Shown in pieces: positions 1-14,234 of a stretch of 64,000 nt of DNA. The DNA is from the human T2T-CHM13v2.0 reference genome, Homo sapiens. The translations under genes and the position numbers were made by a program. The notes beneath the pieces are model-generated. The model had not been told where the DNA came from and did no database searches. It worked only from the letters and a program-made list of their open reading frames with translations. The stretch is taken from assembly GCF_009914755.1 (NCBI RefSeq), contig NC_060927.1. One strand, given 5' to 3'. The first letter of the stretch is position 1. Each line of letters starts with the position of its first letter.

Positions 1-2819
1 AGAGCAGAAAGATGGGCACCTGGCCCACAGCATCATTAGCCACTCTACGCTACTAGTGGAAAGATACATTTAAAAATTAATGCTTTTTTAATTTAAGGAA
101 AAATATGAAATTAAAATTAAGACTATCTCAGGACTTCTTAAAACCAGTCAAATGAGTGTAACATTCAATAATTGTCACTTACCTCAAAATCAATAGGATA
201 TATATTAAACAGAAAGCTTATTTGGTGTAATATGGGTATGTCACTCCTCATAAAATACTTCCCTACTTCCCTCTCCCAGTGATTATATATACTTATTTAT
301 ACTCTCATCCTTAAATATCCATACAAAAATAATTATATATCGCAACTAATAGTGACTTTCGACCAAACTTCTAATAGGAAAAATAAAAAAGTTGACTCTT
401 GAAATTATAAATAATATTGTAAAACAAGGTTAGAGATTTCAAGGTTTTCCACAAAGTAAAGAAAATAAGTGAACAATTTAAATATAGATATAGCCTTAAC
501 TTGATAACTATGGAAGCTAGAATTTTCATGATAGTTTCCTGATAAAAATATGCATGTATTTTTGTCTAATTAATTGTAGTAGCATATAAAGGTACCAGTT
601 GCTTTTAAACAATTAAAAGGTTTTTTTTTGTTTTTTTTTTTTTTTGCTAATTTTAGTATAGCAAGGATAGCTTTCTGTAATATAAACCACAGGAATTCCA
701 TTTTGAAACTGTGTCTAGTGTACTGTACAGGTGAAATAATTACTAGGATGACACGTAGTAATTGGGTCTGTAACTCCAATTACCCTGAGGCATTGACTCA
801 TTTAGACTTATGCCTTTATTCTTCGGGTTTGTGAGATAAGCTTTTCTGTAGAAATAAATTCAGAGTATCTTTCCTAGAATTCCAGGAGTCTACAACTCTC
901 CTCTCCAGAGGACCAGCAAGAAATCATTGAATTATTTGCTAATTGTGAGCAAAATTTGTATTGATTTTTCTCTGTCTCTCTAGTCGATGTTAATAGCATC
1001 ATACTTCAGGTTACTAAATACTTTTCAGCACCATCTAATTGTCAAAGATTCACTTACTAAGACAAAATTGTAGACATCAAAGCTATACACACACACACAC
1101 ATAAACACAAAGAAAATGATGACACAGGCAGTTTATATGCTCTTTCTTACTTCTCTTTCTCATATGATAATGTTTTGCAATATGTATTTCATAATTTGAA
1201 ACCAATAACAATTTGAAAGGATATTAAGACTACTATACCACTCAGCTCCATGCTTGATTTAACTGCTGGGCAAGTATTAATTTCTCATTGCACCCAAGTG
1301 CAGCTAACAGAAAAAAAGTACATCAAAATAAGTATATATCCATATTGTTTTCATCATGTTGTCATATCCCTTAAGGACATAAGCAGCATATCTTTTGTTT
1401 TCCTATTAAAATCACTTTATATCTGTAAAAATAGACACTGTATTTTTCTTATAGTGCTTAAACACTATATATGGTTTCTACTACAATGAAACTATTCCCA
1501 CATATTATAATTTCTACAATATATTAGCAGAGTTTTTAAAATTAAATATGAATGTCCGTTCTCCACACCAATACACAAAACTATTGCTCAATAAATTTGA
1601 CTAAATTTAGTGAAATATAGTGGTGGAAAGAACAGAAAAAAAATCCTTTGGGTGCTCACAGTAGAATTTTACATGGGAAAAGCTATTTCTCTCATGGCCC
1701 CTAAATAGTTGTTAAAATCAATGTACCTCATCTTTGACATCTGTTTGAGCAGAATGAATCCATCTTAAATTCCCAAATCACTTTCACTGTGAAAGAATGC
1801 AGTAAATGAAGCAAAATAGTTTGGGGAAATGAGAAAATGTAAACAGGCCAATCAGATGCTGTTTAATTTCCTGGATAGCCAGAAGTTTTCTCAAGGAAAA
1901 ATGAGATCAGAGTTTGATAAAAGGAAAACCTACTTATAACCCATTGCTAGCTGAGGGAAGTTTTCTCAAGTATATTGAGATTTTAATTGATACTACACCT
2001 TGAAATGTTTCATAGCAACAGCCAATGCTAATAAGTTACTTAGCACTATTGCTTGATAGTCCATAAATATCTGTTCTGTATACACAGGAACAGTCATCAC
2101 TAATATTTTGGATACAACTTACTATAGTAAGAAACATAGTATTCTGAATGTCAAGTGTTGGAATATTCAATACTTTGGCCTTTTTTGCTGTTTATTAATA
2201 TTGATGAGGTTCTTCTTCAGTAATGCTGTTGGATTATTAATTCCTGTTAAATTCTGAGAACACTAAATTAAAATAGACTGTTAAAAATTTAACTTTTTAT
2301 ATACTAAGGCTTAATGTAATAGGCTTTTGGTTAGTACTACTCTGCCATAAGATGCTAATGTGCTTGAGGAATATCTCTGGAAATAGGTTCACAAGACGGA
2401 CCACCAAAATTATAGAATAAATTTGACATCACACTTTGCTTGAGACGGAATTCATTTTTTATATTTATATAAGTTCTGCAGGAGCATCAGCGATAGTATC
2501 CTTTTGAACTAATTAGTGTCTTCTTTTAAATTCAGAGTAGGAAATCTCATCTGCTGGTTCCCAAATCAACGTTGACTAATTAAAAAGTTCTAGTGCACAA
2601 CACAATCAAGATAGAAAGAATCCATATATGTTAAACCTTCATGTTTGGTTGTCTTGTTTTAATTATAGTTTGTTTCTATCCTTGAAAGATTGTAAGAGAT
2701 GGTGAAAAGTGGTGCAATATTGAGCTACTCAAGGTCATATGTGTGAGAAAAACTGTTGAATATAAACTCTTGCTCATTGTACATAAAGATTATAAAGTGT
2801 CGCAGTAAATTTTTCAAGC

Positions 2820-3419
2820 TATGGTAGGCAGAGCATTTATAAAGATGAGTGACAATAATTTCTTCTGTCCCTATACCTACAGTTTTTGCGATGTGACATT
2901 GCTCATTTTCCTACTGAGAGGAGGAGCCCTTTTCTTTATTGCTTGAATCCGGGCTGGTCTTGTGACTTGCTTTGAGAAAAATAATGCAGTGGCATTGATG
3001 GGCTGAGCTAACACCTCATGGGGCCTTGCTGATTACACATTTGACTTCCAGGATCACTGATGTCCCCATGTGAAGTAGTCTGGCCTATGACTTTTGAAGT
3101 TGAAATTACTATGAGGGGAGAGTAGCCCAGCTGCCCAGCTATATAGCTGCCCCAGTGACCACAAACAGCACCAACTACCTACAAATGTAAACAAGGCCAC
3201 CTTTGGCCATTCAGCTTCAGTAAAGATCCCTTGATGACTGTAGATGAATCAGTGTCCCCAGGTAAGATCAAGAGAAGAACCATTCGGCAAAGTCGGCCCT
3301 AATCTCTGACACACACAAGTGTGAGCCAATGAAATAATTTTTGTAAGCCCTTAAGCTGGCTTTGTTAAGCCACTGAGTTTTGAGGTTAGCAAGGCAGCTA
3401 GAGTTAACTAATGGATACA
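2820..3419 (+). mobile_element. ERVL-MaLR solo LTR, MLT1 (G/H-like)
   Basis: Starts tatggtaggcag; internal ttgaatccgggctggtcttgtgacttgctttg; 3' end taagccactgagttttgagg...aactaatggataca, typical of MLT1. Confidence 0.7.
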
Positions 3420-5189
3420 CCTTTTATTATGCATAAGGACAGGTATTAGTCTGCGTACATTTCACTGCCTGGCACAGAGTATATATTAAGGAAAAATTAT
3501 TGAATCAAAATGAAATGAAGTAAGTAGAAAACTTTATTTCAAGAGACTGGCAGCTTCTCGGGGGAACTGGGCAAAGGAACCACATCCCTTATTGAACTTT
3601 TGCCTGTAAGAGTCACCTCCAGTCTCTTGCTGAGCTCTGGGCTTGAGACCAACATTAAGCTTTTCCTCATAAAATCACATATAAGAGCCAAGTTAAAAAC
3701 ATTTATGCACAACTCTATGTGAAAAAAAATCACATGAGAAAGTGTGAATAAATTTATTATCTATTTCATTTGGTGTGATTGTGTTGGTTTATTTGAAGTA
3801 GAAAATTACAGATATTTATAGGTATGTAAAAATTGTTTATAAAAGTTTTAGCTCTTTAAGTTTTGTAGAACTACTTTGAAAAGAAAGGTAAACATTTCTA
3901 AGCATACTGAGTATTCAATTAGATATGCTAATTGCTTACATGAAAAGGTGTAAAAATCATAAAACATGGAATTAGTTTGTTCTTTAAAATTAACATTATT
4001 AAATATTCTATTCTATAATGCAATATTAATTAAAATTTACCAAAGAAAACTTGAGCTTGAAGTTCATAGTATGAAATAAGCACTTTAGTGACTAAAGCAA
4101 ATGGTCATTCGGGTCATGAAAACAAGATAGTAATGAGAAGAATGAAAAGGTCTGTATTTTTAATTTCCATTTTTAAATTTTTAAATATGCGTATGGGGTA
4201 AGTGAATTTTAGGTTGTTAAATATGCAGTCAGATTGGCAAATATATATTTAGGGATGAGAAGGGATAATAAATGTGCTGTAAGTCCATACATCTTGAACA
4301 AAATATGCGTTAATTTTAATCACAGAGAGGACACTTTTGGTTGAGTTTCATTCAAAAAAGGGAAGAAAGAAATCTGCATCTTTCATTAAAATCTCCATCT
4401 AGCTGTGTTTCCATTAGAGTTCACTGAAAAATGACTCATAAAACCAACAATTTTATGCATCAGGTGACAGGTTTTGACAGAAACAGCACTGCAGTTTTTG
4501 CGATATGCTACATTTTGAATGCTTAAGCTGTGTGATTAGGTGTGCTTTATATGACTTCCACGTGCTTAGCTAGCAAAATCTGAGTTTATTTATATAAAAT
4601 TATTCAAGTGAAAAAAATAGTGTCTCTCACAGTGAGCAAAGTCAGATCTCAAAAGGGGCCATAAGGGATTGGCTAGCATTTTATCACCAAGTGAGTCCAG
4701 CTCTGTTAAAAACAAGCCACAGACCTTCTTGCGATGCACAATGGGCTTTTTATTTTTAACTGACCACAGAGTAAAAATAATAAATCTGCCATCTGCCTGT
4801 CAATAGAAAATAAAATAATTTTCCATTTCAGCTCTAGCAAAATAAAAATCTGTGTCTCCTGTAAACACAGAAAAAAAAAATTTGTAAAGTAATAACATGT
4901 GTGCCAGAAGCTTTTGTTTGTCCATATGAGAAATAGCTCGTTGCTAATTTTTAGATACTCTCTAGACAGTTTTCTCTGGGCATATTTTAGAATAATTGCA
5001 TATTTGAGTCAGCTGGTTTTATTTAAAATTGAGAATCCAGTTGTTAGAATATTCAAACTTACTTTTTTTACTTTGATGTTAAATGAGACACTACACTACT
5101 TGTTCTTAACATGACATGTTGATCACACAGCTTCAACTAATGTTTTCTAGTAAGGGAAGTGAAAAGAATGCATATTTTAGAGAAAAAGG

Positions 5190-5395
5190 GCCCTGGATTT
5201 CCATCTCTAAGCTTAATGACCTTTGGAATATCACTTTCTGAAACTCAGAAATGTACATCTAGAGATAATAATCCCTTGAAAAGTGAACTAGAGATAATAA
5301 TCCCTTGATAAGTGATGTGAGTTTTACAGATTATTGGCCAATGTGGTGCCTGCTGTATAATAGATACCCAAGAATGGTAATTATTACTATTAGTA
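5190..5395 (+). mobile_element. MIR SINE, degenerate, containing a 29-bp tandem duplication
   Basis: catct...gataataatccc...gtgcctg...ataatagatacccaagaatggtaattattac resembles the MIR core and 3' end. Confidence 0.5.
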
Positions 5396-6606
5396 CTGGT
5401 ATATTTAATAAATTTCTATTTGTCTTACTTGGATCCCATCAATTAATATGAAAAAGTTTTAAATATTATTTGTGGATACTTATACATGAGATTTCTACTT
5501 TGTCAATATCAAAATGGCAGAATAAGTACAGCAAGCCTAAAGGCTTTAGTTTTTAGAAAGACTAACGATTTTCTTGTGTTATTCATAAGTCGAGGCAAGT
5601 TAAAGGTAAAGATAGTGGAAGGAAAATGTCTTTGTTAGGTATTGTATATGCAGAATCGTACTTTGAGATAATTGACGGTATTCAAGCTGGATAATTAGAG
5701 AACGAAATTTTGGCCTTTATTAATTAAAATTCGGAGTATAGTGAAATTTATGAAAGAATTGCACATTTCATTGAAGGCATATTTGAAATTCTACAAAGTC
5801 AAAAAGCATGTTCCAAACACCCTAGTTTTCTTGTACATTTTGTTATATTCATCCGTCAGTTTCAGCAGCTATATTCATTAAGCTTTCCTGATACCACTTT
5901 TCAAAAGTCTAAATGCATTTGAGAATGGCCTTAATTCTCAAAGGGAATCAGAACATACGCTATGTAAGTGGATTCCTACAAATTTTTATTTCCCAGTTAC
6001 ATCAAAATTTTCTTCAATAGCTTAAAATCCAGTGTAAGCAAGTTTCACTAAGCAGCATTTATAATTTCCAATTCTTTCTATTTAATTTGTTTGAATTTTA
6101 AAGTTTGAAAAATGATCCCTATCCATATAAAAACCACATTTTTAATTTATTTATGCTGAAAGGATCCTCCAAACTTAAAAGAAATAAAATTCCTCCTCCC
6201 ATTCTAAAATTATTATGATTTTATAGTATTTTTCTTTGAATTCATATGCTTTTCACTATTTAGATCACTACCTTTGGCTTAATGTCCTCATGAGAAGAAA
6301 GTAATGCTATTTTAACGAAGGTCCATAGGGTACAGGTATGTTTTGGCTCCACATTGCATCCCAATGCTAGCTAGCTCAGTGCTTGCCCAAAGTGCAGTTT
6401 TATTTAATATATATTAAGTGAATAAATGAGAAGATAATTGCAAGATCTCACTCTTTGACTATTCCACCATTACCAGCCAAAATGTGCAAAGTCTAGTTCA
6501 TTTCCTCTTTATCTCTCCCCTCTCCTGCCCTTTGATTCTCCCTTCTACTCTTTCTTTTTTTTGTGTGTGATTCTTTTCAATCATTCTGACTCTAAAAAGC
6601 AAATCC

Positions 6607-6910
6607 TTTTTTTTTTAATTTTTTTATTATACTTTAAGTTCTCGGGTACATGTGCACAATGTGCTGGTCTGTTAGGTGTGTATACATGTGCCATGTTGGT
6701 GTGCTGCACCCATTAACTCGTCATTTACATTAGGTATATCTCCTAATGCTATCCCTCCCCCAACCATCCCACAACAGGCCCCAGTGTGTGATGTTCCCCT
6801 TCCTGTGTCCAAGTGTTTTCATTGTTCAATTCCTACCTATGAGTGAGAACATGCGGTGTTTGGTTTTTTGTCCTTGGGATAGTTTACTGAGAGTGATGGT
6901 TTCCAGCTTC
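6607..6910 (-). mobile_element. L1PA 3'-end fragment, 5'-truncated, ~300 bp
   Basis: T-tail followed by ttattatactttaagttct...cattaggtatatctcctaatgctatccctcccc...gagaacatgcggtgtttgg, the reverse complement of the primate L1 3' UTR. Confidence 0.92.
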
Positions 6911-9900
6911 TTTCTTCCCTTCATTCTTCTTCCTAGCTTCCATCTTTCCCCCTAGACAAAAATGAATATCTCATTGAATTATATTTTAAACAAGGAATAA
7001 TTTTGAAAGTTGATTCATAGGCAAAATAATGTAAAAATGATCCTTGAAAGTCCTTCAAATCATTTGCAAAGTATCATACTCATTCATCGTGAGCAGAAGA
7101 GTGAGATGTTCACATTTCATGTGGGAAACAGGACTGCAAAGATTTCCAAACTTTATTTCATAGGAATATTGTTTGGAATTGACTGAATTGTGGAAATATT
7201 ATCTTTTTCTCCCGCTCTCTCCTTCTGAGCATATATATAGTTAAAATCAGATAAACTAACCATGTTTGTGTCAACCTTTATAGTGAATACGAAAAGCATG
7301 CTTATAAGTGCAGCAGACACTCATTCCAATCCCCCAGGTACCCCTTTGCTATCACTGGAAGTGGACACCAATTATACATTCGATATTCTCATTCACAAAA
7401 TGGCAATATAATAATACGTAATTTTGCGGTTCTTTTAAGGTTAAAAAAGAAAATGCCTACAAAGTCTTTAAACAGTACTCAGTTTACAGCAAGTGCTCAA
7501 TAAATAGTAGCTGTTCTTATTACTAGATCCAGCTTACAAGTGACAAGATTAGCATTAAATGGATTCATTTCTTGAATGTGATATTTTGTGTCCTAAAACC
7601 AAAACATGTTTTTTTTAAATAAAAAGCAGAATTTAATTATAGAAATCAATGGGAAAATTAATCCCAGTTGCAGAAACAGGTTTGAATATCAAAAGCACAC
7701 ATACAAGCCAATGTGAATTGAATTGTAATGTTTTTTGCAGTTTTCACTTTTCCTGTTGATCCTTAAAATGGGTATTTCTCAGGGTTCTTGTCAGGAATTC
7801 ATCCATCTCCTCAAGTAGTGTCTTCTAATCTCATGTCTTCAGCTACTACATGGCTGACATTTCCCCAAAGTATGTCTATGGCCTAGGTATCACACTTCCG
7901 TATAGCCAAGTCTACTCAACATTGCCATTTAAAAATCTTACCAACATCTTATTCTATTTTCTTATTTATCTAAACCATTTTACTGCCTTCTCTATTAAAC
8001 TACTATGAAATTTTGGAAGAAATACTCATAAAACAAAATAAAAATAGGATATCTTCTCCATCAATTGTCTTCTGTGTCATTTTTCATTCAACATTTATTG
8101 AGCAACTTTCTCATCACTGCAGTTGGCTTTGAGGCACAGAGTTAAAGAGAACATGGTATCTCTCCAAATGCCCATCTACTTGGATTGATTCCTATTAGTC
8201 ACAATTTTAAAGCCTTTTTTTTTTTCACTTCAATCTCAATGGCTAGTCATATCCACTAACTGGAATTTAATTTCACATTCACTTACTATTCCTGCTTGTT
8301 TCCATTATTGTTTTATTTATGTTATAGGATATAAGGGTTAAAAGGAATTGTAGATAATCTACTCTGATTTCCTCAATTTACAGATGCTAATGGAGCTTCA
8401 TATAACTTGAGACTTTTTCCTTTGTCAAGCAGCTATAATAAATACTCTGTTAGAATCTGTTTGATAGGAAAAAAGTATGTAAAATTTAGTTAATATTCCT
8501 GATTATCTCTGAGAAGTATTAAATGTTTTCTCTTGTTTAGTCCTAGTTTTTGTTAGATTCTTAGATTCTTGAAGACAGAAACTCTACCTTATTACTGTTA
8601 TTTTCCAGGTTATGTTTGAGTGCATGGCTTGGAGTAGTAATTTAGCAATTATGGGATTAATTTTTATCAATTGACTGCCAAAATCAAAACCAAATAACAT
8701 ATTGACCTTTTTATAATATGAGCTTCCAGGAAGAACAGTGAAGAAAGATCATTAGAAGATTGAAACATTTCTGATGTGTTTTAAGTGTCTTGCAAATACA
8801 TGTTTTTTTGCTCCCCCGTTCAATCAGCACATCTATTTTCAATCCTCATTTCCCGTTAATGATTGGACCAGACACCCTCATTAGACATTTTAAAAAATAG
8901 AACTTGTATGTAGCCTTCTTCAAGATTAGCATCTTCCTCAAAGTCTTCTTACTCTGGGCTTTTTTTTTTTTTTTAATACTTGCCGGTTTATGGTACAAAT
9001 ATTTGCTAGCTTATTTCTCTTCTTTTTAAATCTTGTCTGGGACACTGATATTTTAATGGTTACTGTTGTTTACCAATATAAACAAGATTGTGTTTGAGAA
9101 AAAGATAAGCGTTCAATTTGGTTATTGGGTTTTTGCATTTTCTGGTGTCCTGCCTTGGTAAATTTGCAGAGTCTTCAGTTGGCCTCGTCAATTTCTACAC
9201 ATTTCCACTGTCGTAGTCATATAGGTCATGCCCTTATGCTAAATCCCTGACTCATTTGCAATCAAAACTCTCTTGATTGCACCCTAGGTGTTATATTAAG
9301 ACACCCTTTCATTTAGTCATTCTTATACATTTGAGGCAGAAAGTTGGAAATATTTGTATTAATCTCCTGCAGAATGATGTTTATGCTGTGACATCACTGT
9401 AACTCTCTACTGGCATCATTTGTACAGAAAATTATTATTAATCCATAGTGCATCTGACTTATAATACTTCACAGTTTGGCATTTTGAAAGGTGTTTCCTT
9501 TGAATATTTTTTTCACATCTAGTTCATAAGAAGCCATCATGCACTCTTAAAAATTTCTAGGATGATGATTATTTTTCATTCTAACCAATTTTACTTAATT
9601 GTGTCTTCTCTTTTTCAATTTATTTATGTTATTTGTTTATATCCATTCATTTGTGGTAGAGGTTGACATAATGCTAAGATCATTTGTTAGGATACCATAT
9701 GAATTATCATAGTTTGAAGATCATGGTTGAGTTAGCTTTTTCTTATAGTGAACACATTCCTACAGCCAGGCTGAGACTGTAATTTAGTCTACCATCTCCT
9801 GGGTGTATAAAAGTGGCTTAAACTAGGAGATGGCGAGAAAAAATGGATTAGTAGTTTGTTGTTGCTGATATGAAGTAGATGTTAATAGTCACTAGCTTGT

Positions 9901-10233
9901 AATTTCAAAAGGTAAAATTATTATGGGAGAACAAATAGAACAATGAAACTCTAATGCTGACCCCAAAACAGTACATTTAACTGGCTTTACAATAAATAGA
10001 ATTACTAGTATAAATAGCAAATCTTGCATGTTGTTTGATTAATGAGAGAACATTTTTTCATACCTTTGAGAAGGAAATACTGAATCATTGACGGAAACTT
10101 GAAAAAAGTGTTTCAGCAGTTACAATCATTTACGAAAAACTTTTAAGTTACGCTAATGAAAAGAATGTATGGAAACAAATATGGAAAAATTATGACACTA
10201 AAAATATAATCGCTGACATGTGAATATACTTAA

Positions 10234-10569
<336 letters not shown>

Positions 10570-12864
10570 TTATACTCTTTTTTTTTTTTTAGATGTTTGA
10601 GGCAATGACTAATATGCATTTTTATTCATTCATTAATAAATATCAAATGCCATCATCCTATATATCATCTCATTTGCAAAGCAATTTTCACATGTGTTTC
10701 TCTTTATAGTAATGTCCTTTGAGGATTGATGGCAACTAAGGAGCTTTGCCAGTTAAATATTCCTAAATGTGGAAGGAATCTGCAAAGTAAATGCAAATGT
10801 TTATTTCCCTTTCTCTTATTAAAAATGAATTATCAAGGCCCAGCATGTCTTCTTGTAGTAGAGTGATAGAGGAATTATTCAGAAAGTATTGTCAGTGCTC
10901 ATATGTAACCTTGAATTCTTAGCATCCTATTTAATACTGTAGTATGAAAATATGCCATAATATCATAGCACATTCTATAGAAAACCACACATAAATAGAA
11001 CTAGTAAAAAGCAATAATGTTGAAAGCTATATTATTTTGTACTTACAAAGTGAACTTTTTTATAAGTTGAAACAACAAGCCAATAAAATTAGCCATCGAA
11101 GATCCCAAACTAAGTGTGAACAGGAGTTGCTGTCTGTAATTATTTATGTTTTGTTGGAGATATAAGAAATCTCAAAGCTTGGCCCTGCTTCAAAGGAAAG
11201 AATATTGGTTAGGTAGGAAAGAGGTAGGGGGTAGTCTTGGAACTGTTAAGGAAACATTTATGTGAAAAAACACTTAATGATGTTTTAATAAAAGCTAAAG
11301 GATATACAGTGTGCTGGATTTTGTGTGCAAAACTTTCATTTTGTTCCAGTTAAATACTGAGTTCTAATGTACAGAAGTGAGAAATTCAGTGGTGAATCCA
11401 AAAAGAAAAGAAAAGAAAACAAACAGACTTCTCTTCATTCTGAAGTGCCAAGGCAGCCATCCAAGTGGTAGAAGATCTTAGGTGCCATATGTGCTGTTCT
11501 TCCTATGGGGATGACATTTTAAACTTAACTGAAATGACTGGGCTTATTTGAATTCTGCTGGATTCTTTTCACTTCATCTCAACATGGGATGGCTCTTCTC
11601 AGTAGAATATATTCTTAGAAGAATCCACACTTACTGAAAAAGGAGGCATATCATGGCCAGTGTCCTTTCATGTCATGCAGTTCCCATCATGGAACACAAC
11701 TCAGGGTCACAGTGTAGATATGGCAATGTGAGGCATATTTGGAGGGTCTGCATCTGAGCACCAATTTCCCTCTCTCCCCATTTACACATCTTCTTTCTGT
11801 CTCAAGGGTACCAAAGGATTATTTGTTGCTTTTCAGATAAACCTTGCTATTTGCTTCCACACTGAATAGAGATTACAGTCCCCTCCAGCCCTTTAAAAGT
11901 CCAGCACACCAAGCTTTGCCATATGTGAGCAATCTACAGGCACTATTAGCCCCGCTTGAGTAGCTCTTGATAACATTCTCTAGGAAGTCAATTAAAGATG
12001 TCAGGAGGTGGGCTGGACTGCTTTTCTTTTACTAACAGGCATTCAGAGAGTGGAAGATGGAACTGTCAGAAACAGGTGATTTTGGGTTGTCAAGAAACTA
12101 AGGCTCCTGATTTGTTTTGTCTTTTCCCCTCATTATTTCAACTTTTTTTCTTTCTGTGAGCTCTTTTAGTTTTTAACCAGCAATAGCTATATAATAGGGA
12201 GGACAAAGCACCTAGTGTAATAAATGACAATAACATTTGCTTAGTGTAAGTTTAAAATATAAAGAGAGATAAAGTCTTAGAAATTTGAGCGTAGCGAAAA
12301 TTTCTATTAAGGAGTTACTTTTTGTGTTAAAATGCCTATATATAAATACAAGTTAAATGGTTATTCACTAAGAATTGGTCATAAAACTTGATCGGTATTA
12401 TATTAGAGTGATTCTCTGCCCTTGCTTCCCATACAACAGGGATCACTTTCTTTTGCTACAAATCTCGACCCTTTTATTTTATGTGCTTTCACTGAGAAAG
12501 ACTATCCAAAGAAGTAAATGACTAGATTTTATTCTAAATTAATATGAAGCAAAGTGTCACAACTATTTATCTAAGCTAATGAATTTAAGTGTTTAAACCA
12601 GATTATTCTGTCCTCCTAAGTATTATTTTGTTCGGTCAAAATAGTATTTGTTAAATATTATATTAATTTAATATTTGTTAAATTAAAGTAATAATAGAGA
12701 AATAGACATTTTATTGTTTGAGCTACAACCTAGTTATATGTTTATATACTAATCAGGACAATTATCACTGTGGGCAAATAAATACTTTATAAGAGACTAT
12801 ATATAACTTTAAATATCTCTATTTGATTATGCAAAACCATGATAATGAATGAACCTTGCTCTTT

Positions 12865-13050
12865 GCCAGGTATGTGCTAAATGCCAAAAAACTATTTCAC
12901 TTAATCCTCATCGCCGCCTTAGATAAGAGGCGCCATTATCCCCATTTCACAGATGAAGAAACAAAAAATTAGAGAGGGTAAATAACTTGCTCCAAATGGC
13001 ATAGCTGTTAAGCAACAATACCAGGACTCAAACAAAAGGCTTTCAATCAC
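12865..13050 (-). mobile_element. MIR SINE
   Basis: ttaatcctca...attatccccatttcacagatgaagaaac...taacttgctcc is the reverse MIR core. Confidence 0.8.
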
Positions 13051-14234
13051 CAAAACATGTGGGCATAACCTCCAGAGGGCAAAGAATAGCTGAAGACGCA
13101 AGATTCTGTTTGTACTTGCAATTGCAGAAAATATAACCTATAAGAATTATGTGACTCTGAGAAGTTAACTGTCTCCAAGATGGTAACATACAGTTTTGAA
13201 TGTTTTAATAACGGTGAATGAGGAGACAGAAAAGATTGAGGCTGGCTAGAAGGTTTGGGTTTGTTGGAAGAAGAAGCTGGCTTAAATTTTTCTTAAAAAG
13301 TGAAGACCAGTCCTGAGGGTTTCCGCATACCTATTAGGAAAAGGTGCCATAGTTGGTTATACAGAAGAAGAATGTAACACTGATCAGCAATTCACTCACC
13401 ATCAGCTTTTGTTCTCCAGTTTTTGTTTTTCTTTTTTTTTTTATGAAAAAAAGGCAATTGTACAGAATCAAGCTCATATTAGGGATTTATTCAAAGAAGC
13501 AAGTGTCATCATGAATTTTGAATTAAAAATAGATTTAGCTTAATGTTCAAAATCACCATCTCACAGCATGGCATAATAACTGATTATAATGAAGACCTTA
13601 GTTACAAAGCTAAATTATTTTTAGTATACTTTGATTATTAGGTTAAGGAATTGTAAAATATGCCTGTTATATCTTATTTCATCACAATATTTTTAAAGTA
13701 TAAGATCTAGAATAAAAAATTGTCTATTTTCAAATCCTGGCCACTTTTATTAACTAGATGAACTTGACATCTTGGAACTTCTGTCTTTTCATTTATAAAC
13801 CTGCCCACCTCACAGGGTCATTGTGAGTATTCAATTGACCTTATAGACAAGAAATCTTGACCATTTAGTAGACACTGTTTTATTCCACCCCACTAGACAA
13901 CTGCAATATTTTAAAATAAACATTCAGAACATGATCTTTAAAAGGTTATGGATGTGATAAGAAGTGATACAAGCTACTGGCTTTTTTCTGATCATTTGAA
14001 TACATGAAATTTAGAAGTTAGTTTTTACCTTTGAAAATAAGAAACTACTAGCATTTCAAGATCATTCCACAGTGATACCTTCAATGCATATTACATTCCT
14101 TACTAAAGCAAGAGATAAGCAACTACCCATATATTGAGTAAACTCAACAATTAGACCAATATAAGGAACTTTCTACTAAAGTTGCATATGTAATAATTAA
14201 CTATATCCGGTTTAGTAATGACAAGAATTGAAAT

